A DNA stretch of 64,000 bases from Eledone cirrhosa. Its lineage: Eukaryota. The DNA lies in the NCBI GenBank assembly GCA_964016885.1, contig OZ024740.1:88784001-88848000 (forward strand), written 5' to 3'. The translations under genes and the position numbers were made by a program. This document shows positions 1 to 11,941 of this stretch, in pieces (positions within the stretch are counted from its first letter, which is position 1; each line of letters starts with the position of its first letter). The notes under the pieces are model-generated. The model was not told where the DNA came from. It saw only the letters and a program-made list of their open reading frames with translations, and did not search any database.

Positions 1-2496
1 GTTGATGACATTGTAACTATAGGTTACTACTGGTATGGCAAGCGTGTTTATGGCATCGATCCTATTCCTTGCATTCAATTCCGTTCTTAAGATTGCTCTG
101 ACTCTGCGGTAACATTCCTTCCTTATCCTTTCCCTCATTGTCGAGTGCTTGATTCCGTCTCCTTCACAAACACCTAGATATTTTTAAGTTTGTTCTTGAT
201 CAAGCTCTCTTATCACGTTCCCCCGATCAAGATTAATGTCTGAACTCTTCAGCAGCTTTCCTCTGGTGAACGTTGCTTTGGCGCATTTATCCAGTCCAAA
301 CTCCATTTTAATGTCATCACTGAACTGCTTCACAGTGGATAATAGCCCTTGCAATTGTTCATCATTTTTTGCGAATAGTTTCAGGTCATCCATGTAGAAC
401 AGGTGATTAATGGTTTTGTCATAGACTCTATATCCATGTTTTGTTTCATTGAGCATTTTACTTAATGGTATAAGTGCGATGCAGAATAAAAGCAGTGATA
501 AAGAGTCACCCTGAAAAATTCCACAATTAATGTTAACTTCTCCAGCTTCCAGTGATTTTGTTTCACTATTCAAAAGGAGTGTCGTTCTCCATGTCCTCAT
601 ACTGAATGACAAAAACCTCCTGACAACGGGGGATATTTTGAAAATCTCTAAACATTTTTCAATCCAACTGTGTGGCAAACTATCAAATGCTTTTTTATAA
701 TCTATCCAAGCAATCGATAGATTTTTGTGTCTATTATGACAATCTTCCAGTATCATTTTGTTAACCAGAAGCTGATCCTTACAGCCATATGAGCCTCGTT
801 TACACCCTTTCTGCTCAATGGGAAATAGGTCATTTGTTATCAGGTGGTCATATGTGTATTCAGTTAGGACTGATGTTAAAATTTTATACATTGTGGTCAA
901 GCAGGTTATCGGTCTGTAATTTTTGGGATTGTTTGTCTCATCATTCTTCGGTAGCAGGAATGTAATGCCGTTAACTAGCCATGATGGTATATTTTCTGGC
1001 TCCTTAACTATTTCATTGTAAAGTTGGGCTAACAGCTCATGAGACTCTGTGAAGGCATTTATCCAAAAGTTTTGTATTTTGTCTTTTCCTGGGGATTTCC
1101 ATTTGCTGGTTTTTCTTAGAGCCAAGCGCAGCTGTTCAACTGTTATATTTTCCCATGTTTGTTCTTCAAGGTGAGCTGTTTCTTTCATTTGTCTGTCTAT
1201 CCATGGGGCATGTATGTTATGAACTCTTTCTTCGGCCCAGATCTTTTCCCAGAATTCTTGCACTTCCTCCATGGGTGGTATTGATTTAGCAGTTATTGTT
1301 GACTTACCAATTTTTCTGTAGAAGTTTCTTTGGTTGTTTTTGAACATATTATTGTCCTTATAGTATCTAGATCGTTTTTCAAAGCGCCTTATACGAGCAG
1401 CTTTGGCCGACACTTTTTGCTTGATTGTTTCTATCAGCATGTCTATGTCACATGTTGATTTTATACTGTACTTTTTTTTCAATTTTCTAAGTTTAGTTTG
1501 TTTAACATGTTCACCTACTTTATAGTTTGTTAAAATTTCTATGTCAGATCGGAGAAGGTTTATTTGGCGATTGATGTTATCTTGCCAAGTAGATTTCTTG
1601 TGGGAATTCCTTTGTTTTTTCATCTTCACTCCACATAAGTGAGTGGTGACTTTAGCCGATGCATAATAGAGATGATTTAAGTCAGTAATGTTTATTTTGT
1701 TTGTGATGATAATGTTTTTGAGAATTATGTTAGTCTTGTGTATTATCTTTTGGTTCTGTTTGGAGTTCTAGATCTTAGGGAGGGTGTCTCGTTCCCCCAT
1801 GTCAGATTCTTTCATTTTCATCCATTCGATCATAATTTCATCCTTCAAGTTGGCAAGTTCATTCTCATTCATTTCTTTATCATTTACGATCTCATTATTT
1901 TCATTTGGAGTTTCATCCTGAGCATGCACTCCCTCCACTTTTTCGCTCCTTTCTTTAATTTGTTCTGTTGCCAGTGATTCCGCCCCAACTCTGGGATTCG
2001 AAGTGTTACAGTTTACCTCGTTTTCACTGACACATGCTTCATTTTCCCTTCGCTGACTTTGTGCTACTAGCTTGATCTGATCAATTTCTATATCAGTTAG
2101 TAACTTTTTTCTTACAATATTTCTTCGTATATTGGCTAGTTTGTTACTGTCAATATAGCCTCTGTTTTCGGGATGTTTCTTTTTCCAGTTGATATATGTT
2201 TGCTCTGTATTCGATGTATTTGACGGGTAGTACATGGCAGTGTAGAAAGCCTCAAGGACTTCTTTATTATCTTCCCTTGACCATTTTTCTCTCTTTTTCT
2301 TTGGATTTCTTGGTGGTGAGCATGGAGGGCCAACAGTTGGAGTATTCCGGTTATGGGAGGTCTCCAGCTCCGAAGTGATGGGAAGGTTTGAACCATTAGC
2401 TGATTTTTCGACCCCAGTCTGGTTCCTCTCTGAGGGACGCGGCCCTTTTTTACCCGGGTGACGGCCGATCCGGTATGAGATTTCATCATTAGACAT
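1..2496 (-). pseudogene. Dong/R4-type reverse transcriptase ORF with two nonsense codons
   Basis: ORFs 1768..2496 and 184..1629 are in the same frame. YMDD catalytic motif is intact. Confidence 0.88.
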
Positions 2497-2660
2497 CCAC
2501 TTTATTTTGTCGCGTTTTATCCTTATCCGCCAAGGGGTAATCTTTTCGTGTTACCACTTCTAGAACGAGTGTCAACCAAGACTAGAGGGGTCGTTCTCCC
2601 CTAGAGACATGGCTATTCCCCGCCGGCCGCCATCCCGGTATTTCTTGGTCACGGGGTTTT
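1..2660 (-). mobile_element. R4/Dong-like non-LTR retrotransposon, family A, copy 1 (5' end present, runs off the window start)
   Basis: One reading frame from ATG 2496, broken by in-frame stops at 1768 and 184; copy 2 has CAA and TAC at those positions. RT motifs WKSPGKDKI, NYRPITCL, WIDYKKAFDS, GIFQGDSLS, HLFYMDDLKLF. Structured 5' leader at 2497-2660. Near-identical to part of 8426-11497. Confidence 0.9.
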
Positions 2661-2744
2661 CTTTTTGTTGTTTTTTTTAAATTGTTATTATCATGAGTGG
2701 TTCCTTAATGTGATCATTGCGTGGCTTAAGAATGAAATTATTAA

Positions 2745-2792
2745 TAATTGTCTCCACTCCAGGGACAAGGCCAGCAATCACCCAGTGCATTA
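2745..2792 (-). mobile_element. 3' tail fragment of the tRNA-derived SINE
   Basis: ttgtctccactccagggacaaggccagcaatcacccagtgcattac matches the reverse complement of the SINE tail at 60520-60566 and abuts AATAAT. Confidence 0.7.
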
Positions 2793-2998
2793 CAATAATA
2801 TAATATACTTTTTGTTGTAGTTGGCTGTTATTGCTGCTGGCTATGTCGGTGGTGGTGCCGGGGCTTTTTATATTGTTGGTGAGGAAGGGGTGAGCCAGCA
2901 GTCCCATAATTGTTGATGTAGACGTTTGTCCGTGGCAAGGTCACCAAGTCAATCTATTTATATCTTTTGCTAGCCTCTCTCTTGTCTAGTGCTACCAC

Positions 2999-5900
2999 CA
3001 ATGTGAGCCACAGTCTCCTCTCTCTCTCCACAGATCCTGCACAGTGGGCTAGCCTCCTCCTTGTAAATATGGTGCTTCAACCACTTCGTTTTGAGGGTCT
3101 GCTTCTGCGCAGCCATTAGCATTCCTTCTGTAGCCTTTTTGAGGTCTCCTCTTCTCAACCAGTTCCATGTCTATGGATCTCTAAATTCAGTTTTCTCAAA
3201 GAAGTTACTATGAAGGGATTTCCCTTAAGGCTGCTCTTCCTTCTTGATGTTATTTCCTCCTTGGATATCCCCTGGCCTACTGTCCCCTCCTTCAGTACAG
3301 TTCTGAGCATTGGCTCCTTACTATAGGTCACGTATTTGTATAGGTTGTTTTTCTCCATCTGAACACAGTCCTCTATGCTGATAAGACCTCTTCCACCCTC
3401 AGATCTCCTTAGGTAGAGTCTATCGACATCACTCCTCTTGTGGAACATGTTGTAGATAGTCAATAGCTTCCTAGTCTTCCTATCCATTTCTTTTTGTTCA
3501 GCAACATTCCATCTCAGAATTCCCGCACTGTACCTAATAATAGACACAGCTCGGGAATTTACTGCGCTTATGGCATTTCTGCTGTTCAGATGTGACTTCA
3601 ATACGCTCCTTATTCTCCGAATGTATTCAGTTCTTAACAATTCCTTCATTTTTTTGTTCTTTATGCCATCAGTCTCCAGAACGCCCAAATACTTGTATCC
3701 TTCCTCAGAGTCAATTTCCTTTATCATCTCACCTGTTGGTATCTGGATCCCGTTACTTCTGCTCAACCTACCCCTCCTCATCACAATGACTCCACATTTA
3801 CTAATACCAAACTGCATACATATATCACTGCTGAAGATACGGACAGTGTCAACAAGCACATCCAACTCCTTCTCACTTTTCCCGAAGAGCTTAAGATCGT
3901 CCATGAAGAGAAGGTGATTGATGGTAAGCTCTCCCTTTCCCAACTTGTATCCTGCTCTCACTTTTCGCAGCATAATGGTCAAGGGCATCAGGGCAAGGAC
4001 AAACAACAGAGGGGACAGGCTATCTCCCTGGAAGATACCTCTCTTGATCTTCACGCTTCCCAAGGATACTCCAGTTGATGTCAACTCTGTCTCCCAGGAC
4101 CCCATACTCCTGCCCAGCAACTGTCTGATGTTATCTGCCACCCTGAAGATCTCCAGGCTTTTGGTGATCCAAGAATGAGGCACAATGTCAAATGCCTTTC
4201 TGTAGTCTATCCATCCCATGGCAAGATCAGTGTGTCTCCTCCTGCAATTCCCCATTACCATCTTATCAATAAGTAACTGGTCCTTTGTACCACGTGACTT
4301 CTTTCGGCATCCTTTCTGTTCGTCCGGTAACAAGTTGTTTGTGTGGAGGTGATGGTAGATTTCCTCAGACACAATGCTCGTCAACAGTTTCCACATTACG
4401 GACAGACATGTGATAGGTCTATAGTTGGTAACATCATTACCCTTGATTCGGTCTTTCATTATCAGAACTGTGGTACCTTTTGTCAACCACTCTGGCACCT
4501 CACCCGACACCAAGCAGTCATTGAACATGGCCGTCAGCTTCGGGTGGAGGGATGTTAAATTTTTAATCCAATACCCCTGCACACCATCTGGGCCTGGTGA
4601 TTTCCAGTTGGTTAGTTGTTTGGCCTGCCCCTTAAGAGTTTCAACTGTGATACTCAAATCAGTTTGTTGGTGTGCCTGCTCACCGATCTCCCTCTGTACT
4701 GTCTCAATCCACCCTGCCTGGACATTATGTCTAACATCCTGCTCCCATATTCCTCTCCAGAATGTTTTAGTTTGCTCCGCCCCAGGGATCAAGTCGTTGC
4801 CTCTTTCTTTCCCCTCAAGCTGTCCAAACAGCATCTTCTGGTTGTTGTCGAACATGCGGTTCTGTTTATACTGACTGACTCTGTTCTCGTATCGCCTGAT
4901 TTTTGCACTCTTTGCTACAATGCGTTGCTTCAGTTCCTCTATGATAATATTTAGCTTTTTCCTCCTAGTTTTGTACTTTATTTCCAGTCTATTTTTAGTG
5001 CCTATGTTTTTTAGTGTCCCATTCAGTAGTGACTCAAGCTTTCCTATGTCATTTCTCATTTCCCCGATTTGACCACTCAGTCGTTTCTTCCACCACGGCT
5101 CTGCTCTTTCTTGTCTGTTGTTTCCTCTCGCTTTTATACCAAGTAGTTTCCTCACCGTATTTGCTGTTGCTTTGAGGATATTGTTGCACTGGTGAAGACT
5201 CCTCGCCTCAAGGTATGGGATGACTTTGTTTACCTTAGCTGTTGTTTCTTTTAACTTTTTCCTGTCTACAAATCTTAGGTTCATAGGTCTCCCACTATCA
5301 TTGTTCAATTCATCTACCACTAAATTTAGGATGTGAACCGAATCTTGTCCTAGCCCGTCAGCATTCATCTCCTCAGTGGCCGTATCTCTGTTCCAGGTAT
5401 TATTTATCTCAGTATTCAGATCATTGTCTGCTTCGGGTGGTTCCTCCGTTCTCAGGACCTCTTCACCTTCATTTCCAACTGGCTCGCTTGTCTGGCATAC
5501 TACACCCGCCATCTCCAAGCCATTCTCTCTGCTCAGTTCCTCCAGTTCCAGCTCGCTTATCCACCCATTAGTTCTTATTACCCGAGCCTGCCCGGCCAAT
5601 TTTTGTTCATCTAATTTAAATAGACCAATCTCGTTCCAGATGTTATGCATCCGTCTCCTGTAGCCCCTCTCCTTGAGGTTACTTTTCAGGTAACATTGCA
5701 TAACAGTTCTATTCAATTCTCTCGTCCAGTTGGTTCTGGCCCCTTTCCTTCTTCTTCTTTCTCCAACATCAGCAGTATTTGGTTGACAGTCAGGTTCCTG
5801 CTGCTGAGCCAGGGGGCACCTGTTGGGTGAGAGTCTGTCACATGACGTTCTAGTCTCCATTTCACCGTTATTCGAACTGTTTATGTTCGATATTTAAACA

Positions 5901-6318
5901 CTCTTATCGAGGATTGGCGAATGTATGGTTACATAGCCATCTGTGGATTCGCCGTTCCACTTGGCCTTTGTGTGGCATTATCACCACGCTGTATACGAAC
6001 ACACATAAACAAACAAACACACAGGCAGAGGGCCCCAAAAATGAATAAGCATAAGTTTCATTGTAATGTAGTGTTCGAATGTCTGACTTAGTTTTTGTTT
6101 TTTTAGTTTTAGTTTTTCCCCCCTCTTCTCTGTCCGTCCGCCTGCTTCTCTCTTCATTCTTATTTTCTTTACGTTTTTTGTTTTTTTTTGTTTTTGTTTT
6201 TCCCTGTTTGTTTTTCTCGTTTTTTGCTGTTGCTGCTTTGGTTTTGTTGTTTGTTTTTCCTTTTTTCTTTTGAGTCTATCTATATATTTTGATGCCTTCC
6301 TCTTTTTTAGTAGTAGGA
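2999..6318 (-). mobile_element. R4/Dong-like non-LTR retrotransposon, family B, copy 1 (5' complete, 3' end deleted)
   Basis: 901-aa ORF with RT motifs (WKSPGPDGV, NYRPITCL, WIDYRKAFD, GIFQGDSLSP, HLLFMDDLKLF). Frameshift near 3225, then the CRICGEREETVAH zinc knuckle. Homology to copy 2 stops at about 2999. The 5' side abuts (ATT)n at 6319. Confidence 0.88.
3155..5860 (-). pseudogene. Dong/R4-type RT ORF (901 aa), frameshifted before the zinc knuckle; RLE domain missing
   Basis: Supplied ORF 3155..5860 plus continuation in 2970..3158, compared with ORF 6979..8073. Confidence 0.87.

Positions 6319-6357
<39 letters not shown>
6319..6357 (+). repeat. (ATT)n microsatellite separating Dong-B copy 1 and the Tx1 fragment
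   Basis: Direct reading. Confidence 0.97.
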
Positions 6358-6359
<2 letters not shown>

Positions 6360-6686
6360 ACAAAATGTTGAAAGATGGGTGAGAGAAGCAAGAATGGCCC
6401 GAGTGAATGGGCCTACTCTCAGTATGTATCTGTAAATTAAAGGTGGAAAACTGGGAGAGGGCACTTGCCTTGGTGGTCAGGGTCACTATGGCCTTTTACT
6501 GGACTTTCTCCACAAATGTCCCTCCGAAGTCTCCCCCTTATTGGGGAATTTTTCATTGTCATTTTTTTGTTACATCCTCTGTTTTTGTTTTTTACACGCA
6601 TAAATGCCAAATTGTTACGTCCTGTATTGTCCTGCACTGTCCTTAATGTCTACTTTATGTAAACCCTTGTGGTTAATAAAGAAATC
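6358..6686 (+). mobile_element. 5'-truncated copy of the Tx1-like element (end of ORF2 + 3' UTR)
   Basis: Highly similar to 17095-17423 with the same terminus (cccttgtggttaataaagaaatc). Flanked by (ATT)n on both sides. Confidence 0.93.
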
Positions 6687-6701
6687 ATTATTATTATTAT
6701 T

Positions 6702-8363
6702 GTTCTTTGAGTCTCAGAACTGGAAAGTTTGTTGAAATGAATATCAAGCCACTACCTGCAGCCTCAGATATTCAGGACGTATCGGAGGGTTCTTGCTGTT
6801 CCCAGCAAGTATGCATTTTGAAGCGTTCCAAAAAGCGTGGCGGGGCCACATTTCTTTAACCATCCCTGTAAATTTTTGAGCTTGTACCTAGTGCGCCTTT
6901 GACTTCATGGCAGTTCCAAATCCTTTTTACCTCCCACTTTAAGTCCTGGTATCGGTTAATATTCTCCCTCTCCTTCTCTTACACTCTCGTGTCGAATGGG
7001 CAGGCCACATCTACAATCAGGCACGATCTTTTTTCCTTGTCCACAACCACCAGGTCAGGTCTATTGTGTTCCAGTTTCTTGTCCGTCTGTATCCTAAAAT
7101 CCCACAGCACCTTCAACTGATCGTTTTCTATCACCGACTCTGGCTTATGCTCATACCACTTCTCAGAATGTGGTAAATTGTTTACTTTGCATAGGTGCCA
7201 GTGGATCACCCTGTCCATCACATCATGTCTCCAGCCCTTATAGTGAGTCTGGGCTAGGTGTTTATACTCGGATACAATGTGAGCCACAGTCCCCTCTCTC
7301 TCTCCACAGATCCTGCACAGTGGGCTAGCCTCCTCCTTGTAAATATGGTGTTTCAACCACTTCGTTTTGAGGGCCTGCTCCTGCGCAGCCATTAACATTC
7401 CTTCTGTAGCCTTTTTAAGGTCTCCTCTTTTCAACCAGTTCCATGTTTGTGGATCTCTAAATTCAGCTTTCTGAAAGAAGGTACTATGAAGGGATTTTTC
7501 CTGAAGGATGCTCTTTCTCCTTGATGCTATTTCCTCCTTGGACATCCCCTGGCCTATTGTCCCCTCCTTCAGTACAGTTCTGAGCATTGGCTCCTTACTA
7601 TCGGTCACGTATTTGTGTAGGTTGTTTTTCTCCATCTGAACACAGTCCTCTATGCTGATAAGACCTCTTCCACCTTCAGATCTCCTTAAGTAGAGTCTAT
7701 CGACATCACTCCTCTTGTGGAACATGTTGTAGATAGTCAATAGCTTCCTAGTCTTCCTATCCATTTCTTTTTGTTCAGCAACATTCCATCTCAGAATTCC
7801 CGCACTGTACCTAATAATAGACACATCTCGGGAATTTACTGCACTTATGGCATTCCTACTGTTCAGATGTGACTTTAATACGCTCCTTACTCTCCGAATG
7901 TATTCAGTTCTTATCAATTCCTTTATTTTTTTGTTCTTGATGTCATCAGCCTCCAGAATACCCAAATACTTGTATCCTTCTTCAGAGTCAATTTCCTTTA
8001 TCATCTCACTTGTTGGAACCTGGATTCCGTTACTTCTGCTCAATTTGCCTTCTTCATCACAATGACTCCACACTTACTAATACCAAATTGCATACATATA
8101 TCATTGCTGAAAATACGGACAGTGTCAACAAGCACATCCAACTCCTTCTCACTCTTCCCGAAGAGCTTAAGATCGTCCATGAAGAGGAGGTGATTGATGG
8201 TAAGCCCTCCCTTTTCCAACCTGTATCCTGCTCACACTTTTCGCAGTACACTGGTCAGGGGCATCAGGGCAAGGACAAACAACAGAGGGGCCAGACTATC
8301 TCCCTGGAAGATACCTCTCTTGATCTTCACGCTTTCCAAGGATTCTCCAGTTGATGTTAACTC

Positions 8364-8364
<1 letters not shown>
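6702..8364 (-). mobile_element. Dong-like family B, copy 2 (5'-truncated; RT C-terminus, zinc knuckle, RLE endonuclease, 3' UTR)
   Basis: CRICGEREGTVAH, RHD, NRPDLVVVD..DVACPFD (PD-(D/E)xK-type RLE). C-terminus LLGTARTLRYVLNI* ends at 6764. Flanked by (ATT)n at 6687-6701 and 8365-8424. Confidence 0.92.

Positions 8365-8424
<60 letters not shown>
8365..8424 (+). repeat. (ATT)n microsatellite
   Basis: Direct reading. Confidence 0.98.
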
Positions 8425-8425
<1 letters not shown>

Positions 8426-8426
<1 letters not shown>

Positions 8427-11400
8427 AGTTGCATTTATTTTGCTTTATATTCATACGAGTTATCACCAAGTCACAACCAGTGACCTCAAGAGACAACAAG
8501 GTCCGCCATGTTCAAGAAATAACGTACATACTCACACATGCATCTTTAGTGTTTAGACTTGTGATGTACTTATATTGACAGAATCTTCCTTAGTATATGG
8601 GGAGTTCCCATTAGTACTATCTTTTATATTTCTCCTATACGCGGGTTTCCTGGGATTTGCGATAAGTAATCATTAGACCCCTTAGGTATCATTCCCAGAG
8701 CGCCTACAACCACTGGTATTGTTTTAGTTCTCAATTTCCACATTTTTCCAATTTCTATCTCCAGGTCCTTATACTTGCTCAATTTTTCAAATGTTTTTAT
8801 AGATACATTCTTGTCTATTGGAACAGACATATCAATTAGCAGGCATATCCTCTTTTTGAAGTCCTTCAATATTATATCAGGTCTTTTTGCATCTATTTTT
8901 CGGTCTGTTTGGATGCTAAAGTTCCACAAGATTGAGATGTGATCTTTTTCAAGTATGAGAGCTGGTTGATGCTCCCACCAATTCTTTTGATGGGGCAGGT
9001 CAAAATGCTTACACATTATCCAATGTATGTATTGTGCAGCTCTGTCATGCCTGTTTAGGTATTCGGTTGGATCTATAGGACTGCACATTGAAATTATATG
9101 GTCAATGGTCTCTTGTTGTTTTTTGCGTACACGGCATAATGGGCTGCACCCATTTTTTATTATGTTGGCTTGGTAATTTTTTGTTGGCAAACACTGATCT
9201 TGTGCCGATATGATCAGTCCTTCAGTCTCCGATTTCAGTCCAGAGGATGCCAACCACTGATGGGTTAAAGTTTCGTCAACATCAGGATTGTTAGCTCGCT
9301 CTGGGTATTTTCCATACAAAGGCTTTTCTTGCCATTTCTTAGCCAGTTTCTGTAGCAGTTCTTTCTTTGCAGTTACATTTACCTGCTTTGCTTTTTCTGT
9401 GTTTTCCATTTCAGCAGTAAATGGGACTTCTGAAATTTGTAGTCTATTACTGTATCTTTGTGCATCTTTTGTAATGGAATATGATCTTTTGATGCTTTCG
9501 TGTTTCAAAACGAGTTTGATCATCCAATCATGTGATTCCCTTAGATATTTAGATAATCCAATTGTTGCAGTTTTCAACGCAATGTCTAACTGGATTAACC
9601 CACGTCCTCCTTCTTTCCTAGGGAGATATATTCTATCTATATCTGCTCTAGGGTGATGCATTCTGCGCATGGTTAAGAATTTTCGAATTTTTGTATCGAG
9701 CCTACGGATCTCTGTGCTTGACCAGTTGATGACATTGTAACTGTAGGTTACTACTGGTATGGCAACCGTGTTTATGGCATCGATCCTATTCCTTGCATTC
9801 AATTCCGTTCTTAAGATTGCTCTTACTCTGCGGTAACATTCCTTCCTTATCCTTTCCCTCATTTTCGAGTGCTTGATTCCGTCTCCTTCACAAACACCTA
9901 GATATTTGTAAGTTTTTTCTTGATCAAGTTCTCTTATCACGTTCCCCCGATCAAGATTAATGTCTGAACTTTTCAGCAGCCTTCCTCTGGTGAACGTTCC
10001 TTTGGCGCATTTTTCTAGTCGAAACTCCATTTTAATGTCATCACTGAACTGCTTCACAGTGGATAATAGCCCTTGCAATTGTTCATCATTTTTTGCAAAT
10101 AGTTTCAGGTCATCCGTGTAGAACAAATGATTAATGGTTTTGTCATAGACTTTATATCCATGTTTTGTTTCATTGAGCATTTTACTTAATGGTATAAGTG
10201 CGATGCAGAATAAAAGCGGTGATAATGAGTCACCCTGAAAAATTCCACAATTAATATTAACTTCTCCAGCTTCCAGTGATTTTGTTTCACTATTCAAAAG
10301 GAGTCTCGTTTTTCATGTCTTCATACTGAATGACAAAAACCTCCTGACAACGGGGGATATTTTGAAAATCTCTAAACATTTTTCAATCCAACTGTGTGGC
10401 AAACTATCAAATGCTTTTTTATAATCTATCCAAGCAATCGATAGATTTTTGTGTCTATTATGACAATCTTCCAGTATCATTTTGTTAACCAGAAGCTGAT
10501 CCTTACAGCCATATGTGCCTCGTTTACACCCTTTCTGCTCAATGGGAAATAGGTAATTTGTTATCAGGTGGTCATATGTGTATTCAGTTAGGACTGATGT
10601 TAAAATTTGATACATTGTGGTCAAGCAAGTTATCGGTCTGTAATTTTGGGGATTGTTTGTCTCATCATTCTTCGGAAGTAGGAATGTAATGCTGTTAACT
10701 AGCCATGAAGGTATCTTTTCTGGCTCCTTAACTATTTCATTGTAAAGTTGGGCTAACAGCTCATGAGACTCTGTGAAGGCATTTATCCAAAAGTTTTGTA
10801 TTTTGTCTTTTCCTGGGGATTTCCATTTGCTGGTTTTTCTTAGAGCCAAGCGCAACTTTTCAACTGTTATATTTTCCCATGTTTGTTCCTCAAGGTGAGC
10901 TGTATCTTTCATTTGTCTGTCTATCCATAGGTTATGTATGTTATGAACTTTTTCTTCGGCCCAGATCTTTTCCCAGAATTCTTGCACTTCCTCCTTGGGT
11001 GGTATTGATTTAGCAGTTATTGTACACTTACCAATTTTTCTGTAGAAGTTTCTTTGGTTGTTTTTGAACATATTATTGTCCTTATAGAATCTAGATCGTT
11101 TTTCAAAGCGCCTTATACGAGCAGCTTTGGCCGACACTTTTTGCTTGATTATTTCTATCATCTTGTCTATGTCACATGTTGATTTTATACTTTACCTTTT
11201 TTTCAATTTTCTAAGTTTAGTTTGTTTAACACGTTCACCTACTTTATAGTTTGTTAACATTTCTATGTCAGATCGGAGAAGGTTTATTTGGCGATTGATG
11301 TTCTCTTGCCAAGTAGATTTCTTGTGGGAATTCCTTTGTTTTTTCATCTTCACTCCACATAAGTGAGTGGTGACTTTAGCCGATGCATAATAGAGATGAT

Positions 11401-11496
11401 TTAAATCAGTAATGTTTAGTGTGTTTGTGATGATAATGTTTTTGAGAATTATGTTAGTCTTGTGTATTATCTTTTGGTTCTGTTTGGAGTTTTGGA

Positions 11497-11497
<1 letters not shown>
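8426..11497 (-). mobile_element. Dong-like family A, copy 2 (5'-truncated, 3' complete)
   Basis: ORFs 10313..11161 and 8624..10297. RT has YTDD where copy 1 has YMDD. CRVRKKQQETIDHIISMC knuckle, RHD, KRPDIILKD..IDMSVP..EKLSKY RLE. Premature stop at 8624, natural stop at 8570. Flanked by (ATT)n. Confidence 0.93.

Positions 11498-11560
<63 letters not shown>
11498..11560 (+). repeat. (ATT)n microsatellite, left flank of the full-length Tx1
   Basis: Direct reading. Confidence 0.98.
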
Positions 11561-11941
11561 GGCGACCTACGTAGTAAATCGTATCATCGTGAGCTCCGCA
11601 AAGGTTTGTTATTTCCGTTTGTTAAAAATTGTCATTTATGGAAAATTTTATTGTTAACTGTTTATAAGCGCTCATACATTGTTTTCCGAAAAGGACACCC
11701 AAAAAGATTGTGGCCTTGTGCCCAAAATTTAAACTTTTATTATTATCAACAAATTTCTTTGAAAAAAAATGGTTAATTCACCTCTGCACCAAACAGCTGA
11801 AAGCCTTCCTCACAAATTAACACCTCACACCGACACCACCATTGTAAATGTTACTACGTTTGCCAACACAAAAAAAAAAATATAAGCAGTAGCAATATTT
11901 TAAATTTGTCTCAGGCAGACATTCATTTCCCGCCATTACCA

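Noticed and set aside
2560-2650. Calling the Dong-A leader a canonical HDV-like ribozyme
   Set aside because: An HDV register (P3 GAC/GTC, loop CCCTCTA) gives only a 6-bp P1 with no P4 or C-N-A-A junction. It is kept as an unclassified structure instead.
3570-5830. Plus-strand ORFs overlapping the Dong elements and minus-strand ORFs over the Tx1
   Set aside because: Antisense shadows of retrotransposon ORFs with no recognisable motifs.
6262-6277. agactcaaa(a)gaa upstream of Dong-B copy 1 resembling the Dong-B 3' terminus
   Set aside because: Only about 12 nt in an A-rich tract, which cannot be distinguished from chance.
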